From: Flavobacteriales bacterium
GTDB lineage: Bacteria; Bacteroidota; Bacteroidia; Flavobacteriales_D; CAJJDF01
DNA: 64,000 nucleotides
NCBI GenBank assembly: GCA_965658995.1
Contig: CBFHVI010000001.1
Span: 1,599-65,598, forward strand
Reading direction: 5' to 3'
Numbering within the stretch: the first letter of the stretch is position 1; each line of letters begins with the position of its first letter. Below are positions 19,849 to 29,661 of this stretch, piece after piece. Position numbers and translations under genes: made by a program. The notes beneath the pieces were generated by a model. It made no database searches. It worked only from the letters and a program-made list of their open reading frames with translations, and had not been told where the DNA came from.

Positions 19849-21237
19849 TTACAAATGAATCACTTCATCGTAAGCAGCGGCTGCTGCTTCCATTACAGCT
19901 TCGCTCATGGTTGGGTGAGGATGTACAGTCTTGATGATGTCATGACCTGTAGTTTCTAGTTTTCTTAGCGCTACAAGCTCAGCAATCATTTCTGTTACGT
20001 TACTTCCAATCATGTGCCCACCGAGTAATTCTCCATATTTGGCATCAAATATAAGTTTCACAAAACCATCTTTGTGGCCTGCTGCACTGGCTTTTCCTGA
20101 CGCAGAGAAAGGAAACTTCCCAACTTTGATGTCGTATCCAGCTTCTTTTGCTTGTGCTTCCGTCATTCCTACTGAAGAAACTTCTGGCGAACAGTAAGTA
20201 CATCCAGGAATATTTCCGTAATCCAATGGTTCTGGGCTGTGTCCAGCTATTCCTTCTACACAGATAATTCCTTCGGCCGATGCCACGTGAGCCAAGGCTG
20301 CACCTGGCGTACAATCACCAATGGCGTAGTAACCCGGAATATTTGTTTGGTAGTTTTCACTTACCAAAATTTTACCTTTATCAGTAGCAATTCCTACTTC
20401 TTCTAACCCTATATTTTCGAGGTTGGCTTCAATTCCTACTGCCGACAATACCACGTCACATTCTATTTTCTCTTCTCCTTTTTTTGTTTTTACCGTTACC
20501 GAACATCCATTAGAAGTTACGTCTACTTTTTCTACCGAAGAACCAGTCATTATTTTGATTCCTTGTTTTTTGAAGCTCTTTTCTAGTTGTTTCGAAACAT
20601 CCACATCTTCTACCGGTACAATGTTTGGCATGTATTCTACAATCGTCACCTCCGTTCCCATAGCGTTGTAGAAGTAAGCAAACTCCACTCCTATAGCTCC
20701 AGAACCTACTACTACCAATCTTTTTGGTTGTTTTGGCAAAGTCATTGCTTCTCTGTACCCAATGATGTTTTTTCCATCCTGTGGTAAGTTTGGTAGCTGA
20801 CGAGATCTTGCTCCAGTAGCAATGATGATACTCTCGGCAGAGTATTCTGTCACTTTTCCGTCCGCTGCAGTTACTGCCACTTTTTTACCTGGCAATACTT
20901 TCCCCATTCCCTCAATTACTTCAATTTTATTCTTCTTCATCAAGAATTTTACTCCTCCACTCATTCCTTCTGCTACTCCTCTACTTCTTTTTACAACAGC
21001 ATCAAAATCATGTTTTGCTTCTTTTACAGAGATTCCGTAGTCTGCTGCGTGATTAATATATTCAAAAACGTTGGCACTTTTTAATAATGCTTTTGTAGGA
21101 ATACATCCCCAGTTTAGGCAAATTCCTCCTAAACTTTCTTTTTCAATGACAGCTACCTTAAGTCCTAACTGCGAAGCTCTTATGGCTGCAACATATCCAC
21201 CTGGTCCTGTTCCTACTATTATTACGTCATAGTTCAT
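19849..21237 (-). CDS. lpdA: dihydrolipoyl dehydrogenase
   Basis: Motifs GTGPGGY, GGICLNWGCIPTK redox disulfide, GSGAIG and HPHPTMSE. Confidence 0.95.
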   Translation of the reverse strand: MNYDVIIVGTGPGGYVAAIRASQLGLKVAVIEKESLGGICLNWGCIPTKALLKSANVFEYINHAADYGISVKEAKHDFDAVVKRSRGVAEGMSGGVKFLMKKNKIEVIEGMGKVLPGKKVAVTAADGKVTEYSAESIIIATGARSRQLPNLPQDGKNIIGYREAMTLPKQPKRLVVVGSGAIGVEFAYFYNAMGTEVTIVEYMPNIVPVEDVDVSKQLEKSFKKQGIKIMTGSSVEKVDVTSNGCSVTVKTKKGEEKIECDVVLSAVGIEANLENIGLEEVGIATDKGKILVSENYQTNIPGYYAIGDCTPGAALAHVASAEGIICVEGIAGHSPEPLDYGNIPGCTYCSPEVSSVGMTEAQAKEAGYDIKVGKFPFSASGKASAAGHKDGFVKLIFDAKYGELLGGHMIGSNVTEMIAELVALRKLETTGHDIIKTVHPHPTMSEAVMEAAAAAYDEVIHL

Positions 21238-21317
21238 AGTTGTATTCTTTTTTTAGATTGTGAGTGCTAAATTAATAAATCTAGCTTTAATAATTAAAGG
21301 GAAACTAAAGTATTGTT

Positions 21318-21740
21318 TCAAAAATCTCGTTTGTCAATTTTTTTTCTTGAACTCTTTATTTCTGCATTTATTTTTTTGTCTTTCATCCTTTTGCGCTTCA
21401 CCGAATTCGGTATCGAAGACTTTTTTCTCAACTTCTCTTTTTTCAATGCCCCTTCCAGAATCTTTTTAAGTTTAAACAAAGACTTTTTTTTGTTCTTCAT
21501 TTGGGAGCGATATTCTTCCGTTGAAATTCTCATAACATCTCCAGAAATGTACCCACTGGACTTTGATCGAATCAACTCTTTTTCCTCATCCGATACCATG
21601 ACAGATTCTTTGAAATTCCACACAAGTGTTACTCTCGATTCTGTTTTATTTACATGCTGCCCTCCTTTTCCACTACTTCTTGAAGTTTCGAAGGAGAATT
21701 CTGATTGAATTTGTTCTATGAGCTGAGTTAAGTTTTTCAT
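21318..21740 (-). CDS. arfB: alternative ribosome rescue peptidyl-tRNA hydrolase ArfB
   Basis: RSSGKGGQHVNK (GGQ motif), RSQMKN and a basic C-terminal tail. Confidence 0.9.
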   Translation of the reverse strand: MKNLTQLIEQIQSEFSFETSRSSGKGGQHVNKTESRVTLVWNFKESVMVSDEEKELIRSKSSGYISGDVMRISTEEYRSQMKNKKKSLFKLKKILEGALKKEKLRKKSSIPNSVKRKRMKDKKINAEIKSSRKKIDKRDF

Positions 21741-21977
21741 CGTGGCTTTAACTTGATTATTAGTTGCCGGTTATAAGTATAGGATTTTATTAACAACATA
21801 CTCGAACTAGTATATCAAAAATGAAATTATGTCTTTGGCTTGAAAAAGAATATAAAATAAGTCGAAGTAAATTCACGGAATCATATTTTCAAAATCTCTT
21901 TTACTCTATTCCATTCTCTCTATTCTATTTTCTAAAAAACCTAAAATCATAAGTTATCAAATCCTATGTATTATAAA

Positions 21978-22562
21978 TCAATGAATCGCACTTCTCCACT
22001 CCAAACCTTCACATATCTTCCCTTCTATTTCGTTCAGCTCTTCTAATCTTTTGTAGATAGTATCTTTGTCCCAATACATCAATGCCAATTTTACAAACAT
22101 AGTTCCGTGTTTGGCCTCACTAGTCCAAATCTCCTTGTAAAATCTTTTTAATTCTGGATCCTCTAGTACTTCACTTATAAGTTTAAATCTTTCCATTCCC
22201 CTCATTTCTACAATACTCGCAATAAGCATTCTGTCAATTAATCTTTCTTCTACTCCCGACCGGATTGATCCAATCAGTTGTTTCATGTACTTGTCTTCCG
22301 CCATTTTTTGGGGCAACTGCACCCCTCTCTTTTCCATAAATTTATACACCCCCTCAAAGTGCTCCAATTCTTCAATGGCAGTCTCAATTAAATGAGGAAT
22401 CCACTTGGTTTTATCCGGACATTTTGCGATGAGCCCCATAGCCATGGCTGAAACTTTTCTTTCATTATCTGCATGATCTTGCAACAAAGAATCCATGTCT
22501 TTGATGGCGTTTTCGGCCCATTCCCTCGGTGTTTCGTAGGTTAAATCTATTGAATATTTCAT
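21978..22562 (-). CDS. miaE: MiaE-like tRNA-(ms2io6A) hydroxylase (ferritin-like diiron protein)
   Basis: Diiron ligand motifs DHADNERK, EELEHF, IVEMRGMERF and SEAKH. Confidence 0.78.
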   Translation of the reverse strand: MKYSIDLTYETPREWAENAIKDMDSLLQDHADNERKVSAMAMGLIAKCPDKTKWIPHLIETAIEELEHFEGVYKFMEKRGVQLPQKMAEDKYMKQLIGSIRSGVEERLIDRMLIASIVEMRGMERFKLISEVLEDPELKRFYKEIWTSEAKHGTMFVKLALMYWDKDTIYKRLEELNEIEGKICEGLEWRSAIH

Positions 22563-22679
22563 TTCCTTCGTATTTTAGTTCAAAATTATAAATTCCTACA
22601 CTTATAAATTTGAATCCCTCGTTTAATTTTTATTTCTGTTGTCGTATCTTTAAGACAAAACTAAAGGATTTCCGCCTCA

Positions 22680-23126
22680 ATGAAAAAACAAACCTACTGG
22701 AATGCCACCATGAATCATCTTTCAGAAAAAATGGCTGTCATCGAGAACGCCCTCAAAGACACCCAAGATGCTGCCAATTCTGACACCAAAAGTTCTGCTG
22801 GCGACAAACACGAAACGTCCAGAGCCATGGCCCACATTGAAAACGAGCGACTTGCCTCCCAACTTAAAGTATTACAAAATCAAGTAGAAACTTTACAAAA
22901 AATTAACCCGACTATTGAAGGAGAAACGATTAATTTTGGTAGCTTAGTTAGTTGTGAAGACTTACTCTTTTTCATGTCTATTGGTTTAGGTAAAATAAAA
23001 CATGATTCTACTGATTTTTTTGCCATTGCAGCAAATTCTCCCGTTGGAAAATCATTGATAGGTAAAAAAGTAGGAGAAACAATTCTTATTGGAAATAAAA
23101 AAATAACCATTACATATGTCGAATAA
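22680..23126 (+). CDS. GreA/GreB-fold protein, Bacteroidota TKSSAGDKHET subfamily
   Basis: Coiled coil with tip DTKSSAGDKHETSRAM; C-terminal FGSLV...SPVGKSLIGKKVGE as in the GreA C-domain. Confidence 0.75.
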   Translation: MKKQTYWNATMNHLSEKMAVIENALKDTQDAANSDTKSSAGDKHETSRAMAHIENERLASQLKVLQNQVETLQKINPTIEGETINFGSLVSCEDLLFFMSIGLGKIKHDSTDFFAIAANSPVGKSLIGKKVGETILIGNKKITITYVE

Positions 23127-23877
23127 ATTACTTTTTTTCCTCCTTTTACTTTTCTCTAACTTCTTAGTTGGTCAGGATTCCCATGTAAATGAGCTCACTC
23201 TTAAGGAAAAAAAATTCAGAACAGGATTCTCGATGAAATTAGCCTTAATCCCTCAAAGGTCTCTGTTGTTTCCAGAAGAGGCTGTGAACAGTTCGTTCTA
23301 CCAAGAGCATTTTGGATTAGTTCCCTCTCCTCAAGGTATCGATAGAGGAACTGCTACTTTTCAATTTGCAGGAAATGCGGCTTGGATACTCTTCTCTAAG
23401 AACCAACGAGTTGCCTTTGAATTAGGACTAGATTTGGGGTATCAAAACTCTGGAAATGTACAAGATAGAATATACAAAACAGTGAATAACTCCGATACGA
23501 ATTACACTTCGGCAGAAATAAATGTGGACTACAAACTAGATGAAATCTTTGGAGGCGGATATGCCTTAGCCAAAACAAATAACCCTCTATTCAACGTGTA
23601 CATTGGGCTTGGTATTTCGGTCTATACTTCGGTAGGATCTGCAATAGTTACAAATTCTTGGCAAGGAAAAGAACTAGATTCTTACAAAACTCGAATACCC
23701 AATTACACCAATATCAATCCATACATTCCTTTGGGAATAGAATTTCGTTTGTCTCAAAAAAAAGACGATTTTCACGTAAAATTAATGGGCTCCCTTCGAA
23801 GAGAAGTGAATGAAGACAATTTTCAACCGAATCGATTTTTCTTAACCGCTGGATTTCAATTTCAATATCAATTTTAA
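23116..23877 (+). CDS. hypothetical outer-membrane beta-barrel protein
   Basis: Signal peptide; C-terminal alternating strand ending in Phe (GFQFQYQF). Confidence 0.6.
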   Translation: MSNKLLFFLLLLFSNFLVGQDSHVNELTLKEKKFRTGFSMKLALIPQRSLLFPEEAVNSSFYQEHFGLVPSPQGIDRGTATFQFAGNAAWILFSKNQRVAFELGLDLGYQNSGNVQDRIYKTVNNSDTNYTSAEINVDYKLDEIFGGGYALAKTNNPLFNVYIGLGISVYTSVGSAIVTNSWQGKELDSYKTRIPNYTNINPYIPLGIEFRLSQKKDDFHVKLMGSLRREVNEDNFQPNRFFLTAGFQFQYQF

Positions 23878-23888
23878 CCCCAAATATT

Positions 23889-24470
23889 ATGTTCAAAAAA
23901 GCTGCATTTTTACTCACTATTCCCTATTTAGCGTGTATCTATCTTGAAAGCTGCAACAAACCTTGTGAGCATCCAGAAACAAGAAACATCACAGGAATTA
24001 CCATGAGCTTTGATTCAGGATTCATGAGCACACGAAACACCTTGGCAATGAATATTAATTACGAAAGTCTGTACGCTAGTAACCTCCAGTTTGACTTAAC
24101 TACCAAGGCTATGGCTTTTTCTCCTGAGTATGACCCATGTTTCAATCAATTGATCAATCCAATTGATTCGGTTTCTGTGGTGTCTTCAAACAATTTTAGT
24201 ACTTCCTTTCCTGCACACAGTGAATTAAATTCACTGTTTAGAGTTTTTAACCAAACAACTGCCTTGATGCTCAATGAATATAACTACGATATCGAAAATG
24301 ACTACGAAGACTTTTACTACGGTAATTTGTACGAAACAAGTGTAAGATTCATGAACGATTCTTTACCCACTTTAGATTCCATTCATAATTTATGCGTTAC
24401 TGTATATTGTAGCAATGGAGAAGTTTTTAAAGATTCTGTGAGAGGAATAAACTTAAAATCTAATCTGTAA
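23889..24470 (+). CDS. hypothetical (lipo)protein
   Basis: 193-aa ORF in an operon, with an N-terminal hydrophobic stretch and LESC. Confidence 0.6.
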   Translation: MFKKAAFLLTIPYLACIYLESCNKPCEHPETRNITGITMSFDSGFMSTRNTLAMNINYESLYASNLQFDLTTKAMAFSPEYDPCFNQLINPIDSVSVVSSNNFSTSFPAHSELNSLFRVFNQTTALMLNEYNYDIENDYEDFYYGNLYETSVRFMNDSLPTLDSIHNLCVTVYCSNGEVFKDSVRGINLKSNL

Positions 24471-24512
24471 CAGTTCTCTGAATCTTAGCTAATTTCTACT
24501 TAATTTTGAACC

Positions 24513-25163
24513 ATGTCAGAAATAAACAAAAAAATATCCTCGGAACGCAGAGAATTTGAAGTAGGAACGTTGGATGAATCCAATGTACCAAACAACCCCA
24601 AACAACTATTCGAAAGTTGGTTCAAAGAGGCGCTAGATAAGCAAGTTATGGAACCATACGCCTTTCATTTGGCTACCGTCTCGAGTGATAATATTCCTTC
24701 TTCGAGGGTAGTCTATTTGAGAAGTATCGAAGAAAATGGCTATGTTTTTTTCACCAATTACAAGGGAAAAAAGGGTCAAGATATAACCAAAAACCCCTCA
24801 GTTTGTATGAATTTCTTTTGGGCAGAAAAAGAAAGACAAATTCGTATTTACGGAAGAGCTGAAAAAATAGACCCTGAATTTTCTGATGCTTATTTCGCAA
24901 GTCGTCCACGAGAGAGCCAGTTAGGAGCTTGGGCTTCTCATCAGAGCGAGGAATTAGAAAATCATAAAGAACTCTCAGACCGGTTAGATTTTTACACAAA
25001 AAAATTTGAAGGACAAGAAGTTCCAAGGCCGCCTCACTGGGGTGGATACTTGATAGTACCTTTCTATTATGAATTTTGGCAAGGGCGCGCAAAACGTTTG
25101 CACGACAGAGTCACATATACCCTCGAAAAAAACGAATGGAACATCCAAAGAATAAACCCGTAA
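24513..25163 (+). CDS. pdxH: pyridoxamine 5'-phosphate oxidase
   Basis: Motifs FFTNY, RQIRIYG, YFASRPRESQLGAWAS, PRPPHWGGY and EFWQGR..RLHDR. Confidence 0.94.
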   Translation: MSEINKKISSERREFEVGTLDESNVPNNPKQLFESWFKEALDKQVMEPYAFHLATVSSDNIPSSRVVYLRSIEENGYVFFTNYKGKKGQDITKNPSVCMNFFWAEKERQIRIYGRAEKIDPEFSDAYFASRPRESQLGAWASHQSEELENHKELSDRLDFYTKKFEGQEVPRPPHWGGYLIVPFYYEFWQGRAKRLHDRVTYTLEKNEWNIQRINP

Positions 25164-26266
25164 TGCGCAAACACTTTCAATATTTCATCTTTTGTATTTT
25201 CTTTATTGGAAGTTGTTCTACCGTAGATTCTAATCGAGAAACTTTGGAGCTAAAGGAGGTGATTCCAATGAAATATGCCAAAGGTTTGTCCATGTATACA
25301 ACGAACGAGGGAACTGTTGTGACTATTACCAATCCTCAAACTCAGGAACTGCTTGATCACTTTTTGGTCACTTCACAAAAAAAATCTCAAATGGAGAGCG
25401 TAAAAGTTCTCTCAGCTCCTTTCAATAGTATTTTGGCTTATTCTTCCACATACATTTCATTTGTGAGCGCACTGGACGAAGTATCAAAAATTACAGGAGT
25501 CACCTACTCTCAAGGAATAAGTAATACTCAAATTAAGCAGCAGCTAGCCACCAGGCAAACAACAGATGTGGGATCCGACCAAAGCCCAGACAAAGAATTA
25601 ATTGTGTCTTTGAACCCAGATTTGGCAATGATCTATCCAAGTAACGGCAATCACGATTGGTTTAATTCTTTTTCTATTCCTACAATAACCAATGTAGAGT
25701 ACCTAGAAATAAATCCCTTAGCTCAAGCTGAGTGGATAAAACTCTATGGAGTATTGTTTGATAAGGAACAATTGGCAGATTCTCTCTTTCAACAAATTGA
25801 AGCAAACTATCTATCAGAAATATTTTCACTTGCGGACTCTCAAAAACCTATGGTCTTATGTGGAGAATTGTATGACGATGTATGGACTTTGCCAGGCGGA
25901 AAAAGTTTTACTAGTAAACTTATTGAGGACGCTGGAGGCAAATACTTCTTGGAAACTGACACTACCGCTGGATCACGAAAACTTGATTTCGAAACAATCC
26001 TCTCAAAAGACTCCATCCTGGATCATTGGTTACTATTGACTTACAATTCACAACCCATAACATTTTCCTATCTAAAGGAAAACAAACCGCGTTATTCATA
26101 CCTATCAGTGTTTTCACCAGAAAAAATAAGTGTATGCAATACAGCCACCACTTCCTATTTTGAAACGGGAATAATTGAGCCTCATGTCTTACTACGAGAA
26201 ATAAAATGGTTAATTCATAACCTAGAACCAAAGGACTCTTTGAAGTATTTTAAAAAAATTCACTGA
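25163..26266 (+). CDS. ABC substrate-binding lipoprotein, BtuF/iron-siderophore class
   Basis: Start ATG coupled to the pdxH stop (TAATG); lipobox IGSC; motifs KYAKGL, EYLEINPLAQAEWIK, LIEDAGG and YFETG. Confidence 0.8.
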   Translation: MRKHFQYFIFCIFFIGSCSTVDSNRETLELKEVIPMKYAKGLSMYTTNEGTVVTITNPQTQELLDHFLVTSQKKSQMESVKVLSAPFNSILAYSSTYISFVSALDEVSKITGVTYSQGISNTQIKQQLATRQTTDVGSDQSPDKELIVSLNPDLAMIYPSNGNHDWFNSFSIPTITNVEYLEINPLAQAEWIKLYGVLFDKEQLADSLFQQIEANYLSEIFSLADSQKPMVLCGELYDDVWTLPGGKSFTSKLIEDAGGKYFLETDTTAGSRKLDFETILSKDSILDHWLLLTYNSQPITFSYLKENKPRYSYLSVFSPEKISVCNTATTSYFETGIIEPHVLLREIKWLIHNLEPKDSLKYFKKIH

Positions 26267-26402
26267 GAGTAAAATCCCTACGAATTTACACTAGATGTAT
26301 ACGAATAAGTCTTCATAAAAGTATTCTTAACCTTTTTGATGGATACAATTATTCCATCAAAACTAACAAACATCGTTGGGATTCTGAATCTATTTTATCC
26401 AT

Positions 26403-26443
26403 AAAAAAAGCGAATCAACCAGAGCAGTTGATTCGCTTTTTTT
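26403..26443. terminator. bidirectional intrinsic terminator
   Basis: AAAAAAAGCGAATCAAC-N7-GTTGATTCGCTTTTTTT between convergent genes. Confidence 0.8.
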
Positions 26444-26507
26444 CTTTACTCATTGTGGTAAAAGCCTGAAGAATATTTGGACTTCAGTCGTTTACCTTCA
26501 ACCTGTT

Positions 26508-27722
26508 TTATTTTATCCCCAATTTCTTTTTCAAGGATTTTGGTAATGCATCTTTATGAATTTGGATATTCATTGTTTTGTACCTCACGTAAGGGAAAGA
26601 AGCATAAAAATAACCGTCACATTGGTTGTAATCTCCCCATGAGTTTTTCACAACAAAATACTTCGTACCCTTTTGATCTTTTACAATTCCAGTAATGTGC
26701 ATTCCGTGGTCATCAGTTGTTTCTTGACTGTCAAAAGCCTCTTGTCTTTCTTCCTGAGTTACAATTCTTTCTTCTACCGGAGTCATAAATGCATTACTAA
26801 TCTTTTCTTCCCCAGCATCACTAAAGTGTTTGTTATTTTTTCCTTTTACTTTTATCGTTGATTCATCCGTTGGCAATATTGCTAAAGCATCTCTCGCAGA
26901 AAATCCTTTTTCTGAAATATCAGCTCCCCAAGCAAAAGTATATCCATCCATAATTGCAGATTCCATTACTTCCATAAATTCGTCTAAAGGCAAATTGTAA
27001 CAGGATTGTAACGCCCAGTTATCTTGCACTTCTATTACAAAACTAGAGTAAAATGGATGATGAGTGTATGAGGTAAGTGATACATAATCATCCATATTCA
27101 AATCTAAATAATTGGCGAATGATTGTGGCGTGTAAGAGGCTCCTTGATAGTCAAATTTAAAATCCTCCATATTGTCTGGCAACTCACCTAAGTATGCATC
27201 AGTAACTCCAGTAATGGCTTTCTTCCAGGATTTTGTTAATTTTCCTCCTTGAGGTTTTTTGGCTAATACTTCCACCATCGCTTTTAGCATTCCTTGCATT
27301 TCGGAATGATTGTGAGAATCAGAACCGTAATTTAATCCTTTGTACGCAGATTCTGGAACGATTCCGAATCTTTTAATTACCCAAGGAATATCATGAAATG
27401 CTCCTCCAGGTCCAAAATTAAAAGTCCCATAATACCTTAGGTAGTTTTCTGCTTTTCCAATGTAGGCATTTCTCACGATAAACATTTCTGATAAATCGTG
27501 CTTTCCTTTTCCTTTTCTAATCAATTCTGATTCTAAAAAAGACAAAGCTGAAAAACTCCAACAAGTTCCTGTTCTGTTTTGGTTTTGTACTGATGTCTCA
27601 TCCAAATTCTTTACTTCGGTAAAGAGATAATCACTTCCTCTTTTGTTCGTAATTGTATCCTGTGAGATAGCGCTATAACTAAAAGCCGAAATGGCGATTA
27701 ATGAGAGAATAATTTTTTTCAT
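26508..27722 (-). CDS. exported C1B cysteine aminopeptidase (PepC/bleomycin hydrolase-like)
   Basis: Catalytic Cys in QNQNRTGTCWSFS, His in DDHGMHI, Asn in VKNSWG; signal peptide. Confidence 0.9.
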   Translation of the reverse strand: MKKIILSLIAISAFSYSAISQDTITNKRGSDYLFTEVKNLDETSVQNQNRTGTCWSFSALSFLESELIRKGKGKHDLSEMFIVRNAYIGKAENYLRYYGTFNFGPGGAFHDIPWVIKRFGIVPESAYKGLNYGSDSHNHSEMQGMLKAMVEVLAKKPQGGKLTKSWKKAITGVTDAYLGELPDNMEDFKFDYQGASYTPQSFANYLDLNMDDYVSLTSYTHHPFYSSFVIEVQDNWALQSCYNLPLDEFMEVMESAIMDGYTFAWGADISEKGFSARDALAILPTDESTIKVKGKNNKHFSDAGEEKISNAFMTPVEERIVTQEERQEAFDSQETTDDHGMHITGIVKDQKGTKYFVVKNSWGDYNQCDGYFYASFPYVRYKTMNIQIHKDALPKSLKKKLGIK

Positions 27723-27762
27723 GTGTGTATTTAGGGTTTTTATAATTTTTTAGTGTTCTAAG

Positions 27763-29163
27763 TTAAGGAACAAATTCGTAACATCCAATATCCCCTGGAT
27801 TACTTCGGGAATTGTTATCCAAATCGGTTGGTAAGAAATACAATGGATCTGCCTGATCAACGCACACCGAACTACTTTTAAGTCGTAAGGAACTATTGGT
27901 TGTGTAATTAGGCGAAATGTTTAATTTGCTATTTACATAATTGGAATTAATCGGTTGATCGGTTTTTACCAAGCAGTGATTGAATCGGTAATTTGCAAAA
28001 TTACCTGGCACCGTATCTAGGACAATTTCATTGTCGATATCTCCATAGATAATCGAATTATTAAAATTGGCCCTTAGAATTGGTCGGACATAAATAATAC
28101 CATTTGCCTCGTAATAATTGTTTAAAACTAGTGCTGGGGAAGTTCGAGAAGAGGCAGTCCAAAAATTATTAATTGTACAGTGATTGAAATAATATTCGCC
28201 TCCTAATCTTAAAGCCACTGCGTTGTTTCCTGCTTTGTTAAATCTGGAATTTTCGGCATGTATTCTTGCTCCTTGAGCAAAAAGAGAGGCAAAGGAATGA
28301 TTGAAAGAAGCGACATTATTCAGTGTGAGTGAATCACCACCAAAGGCCGTATCCACGTATAATCCAGCAGTAGCATTTTTAATTATCGCGTAGTTCAACA
28401 TACTATTTTGAGCAATCGCAAACCTAATTCCAAACCACTGTCCTGGCTCATTTGCATAGGAAGCTTCTCTCCTATCTCCTTGAAAAATCACGCGATTAGT
28501 TTCAGTTCCATTTATACTCAATGAACTTTTGTATACATATAGCACTGCATCGGAATGGGCATAAATTACAGCACCTGCAGGGATCACTAACGAACAATTG
28601 GAATCAATACCCGGAAATCCAACGGCCGTAATACCATACAGAACATGAGGCTTATCTACTGCCCACGTTTCGCCACAGACCAATTCGTTGTAATGAAAAT
28701 ATGCATTTTGTCCCCAAGCTGCAAGCTCCACGGATTGGTTGTTTCCATTAATTTGAAAATGTATTTTATCCTGAACCACAAATGGATTATTTGCATTTGT
28801 GGGGTCAATTGTGACTTCTACAAAAATATAGATACTGTCTTTGGCAGGTATTTCTACATCTTTTATCACTACACCCGCTATTCCATCTACATTCATTCGG
28901 TAGGCCGAGGCTGTACCTTTTCCCAATCTAATTTGGGAAATGGAGATTGGATTATTGTAGGAATTAGTAACGGTGAATCTTCGGTAAGTTGAACCTATGG
29001 TTGAAAAAACAGTGTCGAAAACTACAGTATCTTTGGAAAATTGTAATTTGACAGAGGAATCATCCAGAAAGTTTTCTTTTCGGCAACTAGAAAAAGTAGA
29101 AGCCAGAACAAGTGCTAAGAAAAAAAAGGAGATATAGAAAAAAAATGATGTATTACTCTTCAT
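27763..29163 (-). CDS. hypothetical lipoprotein with Ig-like N-terminus and right-handed beta-helix region
   Basis: Lipobox FSSC, FSKDTVVFDTVF, GTETNRVIFQGDR...PGQWFGI and C-terminal DIGCYE. Confidence 0.7.
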   Translation of the reverse strand: MKSNTSFFFYISFFFLALVLASTFSSCRKENFLDDSSVKLQFSKDTVVFDTVFSTIGSTYRRFTVTNSYNNPISISQIRLGKGTASAYRMNVDGIAGVVIKDVEIPAKDSIYIFVEVTIDPTNANNPFVVQDKIHFQINGNNQSVELAAWGQNAYFHYNELVCGETWAVDKPHVLYGITAVGFPGIDSNCSLVIPAGAVIYAHSDAVLYVYKSSLSINGTETNRVIFQGDRREASYANEPGQWFGIRFAIAQNSMLNYAIIKNATAGLYVDTAFGGDSLTLNNVASFNHSFASLFAQGARIHAENSRFNKAGNNAVALRLGGEYYFNHCTINNFWTASSRTSPALVLNNYYEANGIIYVRPILRANFNNSIIYGDIDNEIVLDTVPGNFANYRFNHCLVKTDQPINSNYVNSKLNISPNYTTNSSLRLKSSSVCVDQADPLYFLPTDLDNNSRSNPGDIGCYEFVP

Positions 29164-29263
29164 AATATGGGCTCGAACCTAAAATGTTGTTGAAATTACG
29201 GCTTTTTTGAAGATTTAGTATAAAAAGGTCTTAAGAAATGTTTTTAATCCAAAAAGAAATATG

Positions 29264-29271
29264 TAAATTTG
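29264..29271 (+). promoter_or_regulatory. Bacteroidota -7 promoter element (TAAATTTG) of rpmE2
   Basis: Exact TAnnTTTG match about 60 nt upstream of the ATG. Confidence 0.65.
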
Positions 29272-29330
29272 CAACCTAATTAACGATAACATAATGCCCG
29301 CTAAAGATAGGTGGGACTAAATTATACAAT

Positions 29331-29585
29331 ATGAAAAAAGACATCCACCCAGAAAACTACAGATTAGTTGTTTTTAAGGACATGAGTAACGACTACATGT
29401 TTTTGACTAAGTCTTGTACTGCTACGAACGACACAATTGAATTCGAAGGAAAAGAATATCCTTTGATTAAGACTGAAATTTCTCACAAGTCTCACCCATT
29501 TTACACTGGAAAACAAAACTTTGTAGATACAGCGGGTAGAATTGATAAATTTAAATCAAGATACGCAAGACACATCAAAAAATAA
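29331..29585 (+). CDS. rpmE2: 50S ribosomal protein L31 type B
   Basis: [17 protein letters not shown] and [19 protein letters not shown]; no CxxC zinc pairs. Confidence 0.95.
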   Translation: MKKDIHPENYRLVVFKDMSNDYMFLTKSCTATNDTIEFEGKEYPLIKTEISHKSHPFYTGKQNFVDTAGRIDKFKSRYARHIKK

Positions 29586-29601
29586 GTGTCTCACAGATAA
29601 T

Positions 29602-29640
29602 AAAAAAGCCTTTTTGATTAGTCAAAAAGGCTTTTTTTTT
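29602..29640. terminator. bidirectional intrinsic terminator
   Basis: AAAAAAGCCTTTTTGA-TTAG-TCAAAAAGGCTTTTTT. Confidence 0.82.
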
Positions 29641-29661
29641 GGCTGATACCTAGTGAAAGAG

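Noticed and set aside
21821..21952. 43-codon intergenic ORF (MKLCLWLEKEY...)
   Set aside because: It runs through a low-complexity CTATT-rich tract and has no motif or supporting signals.
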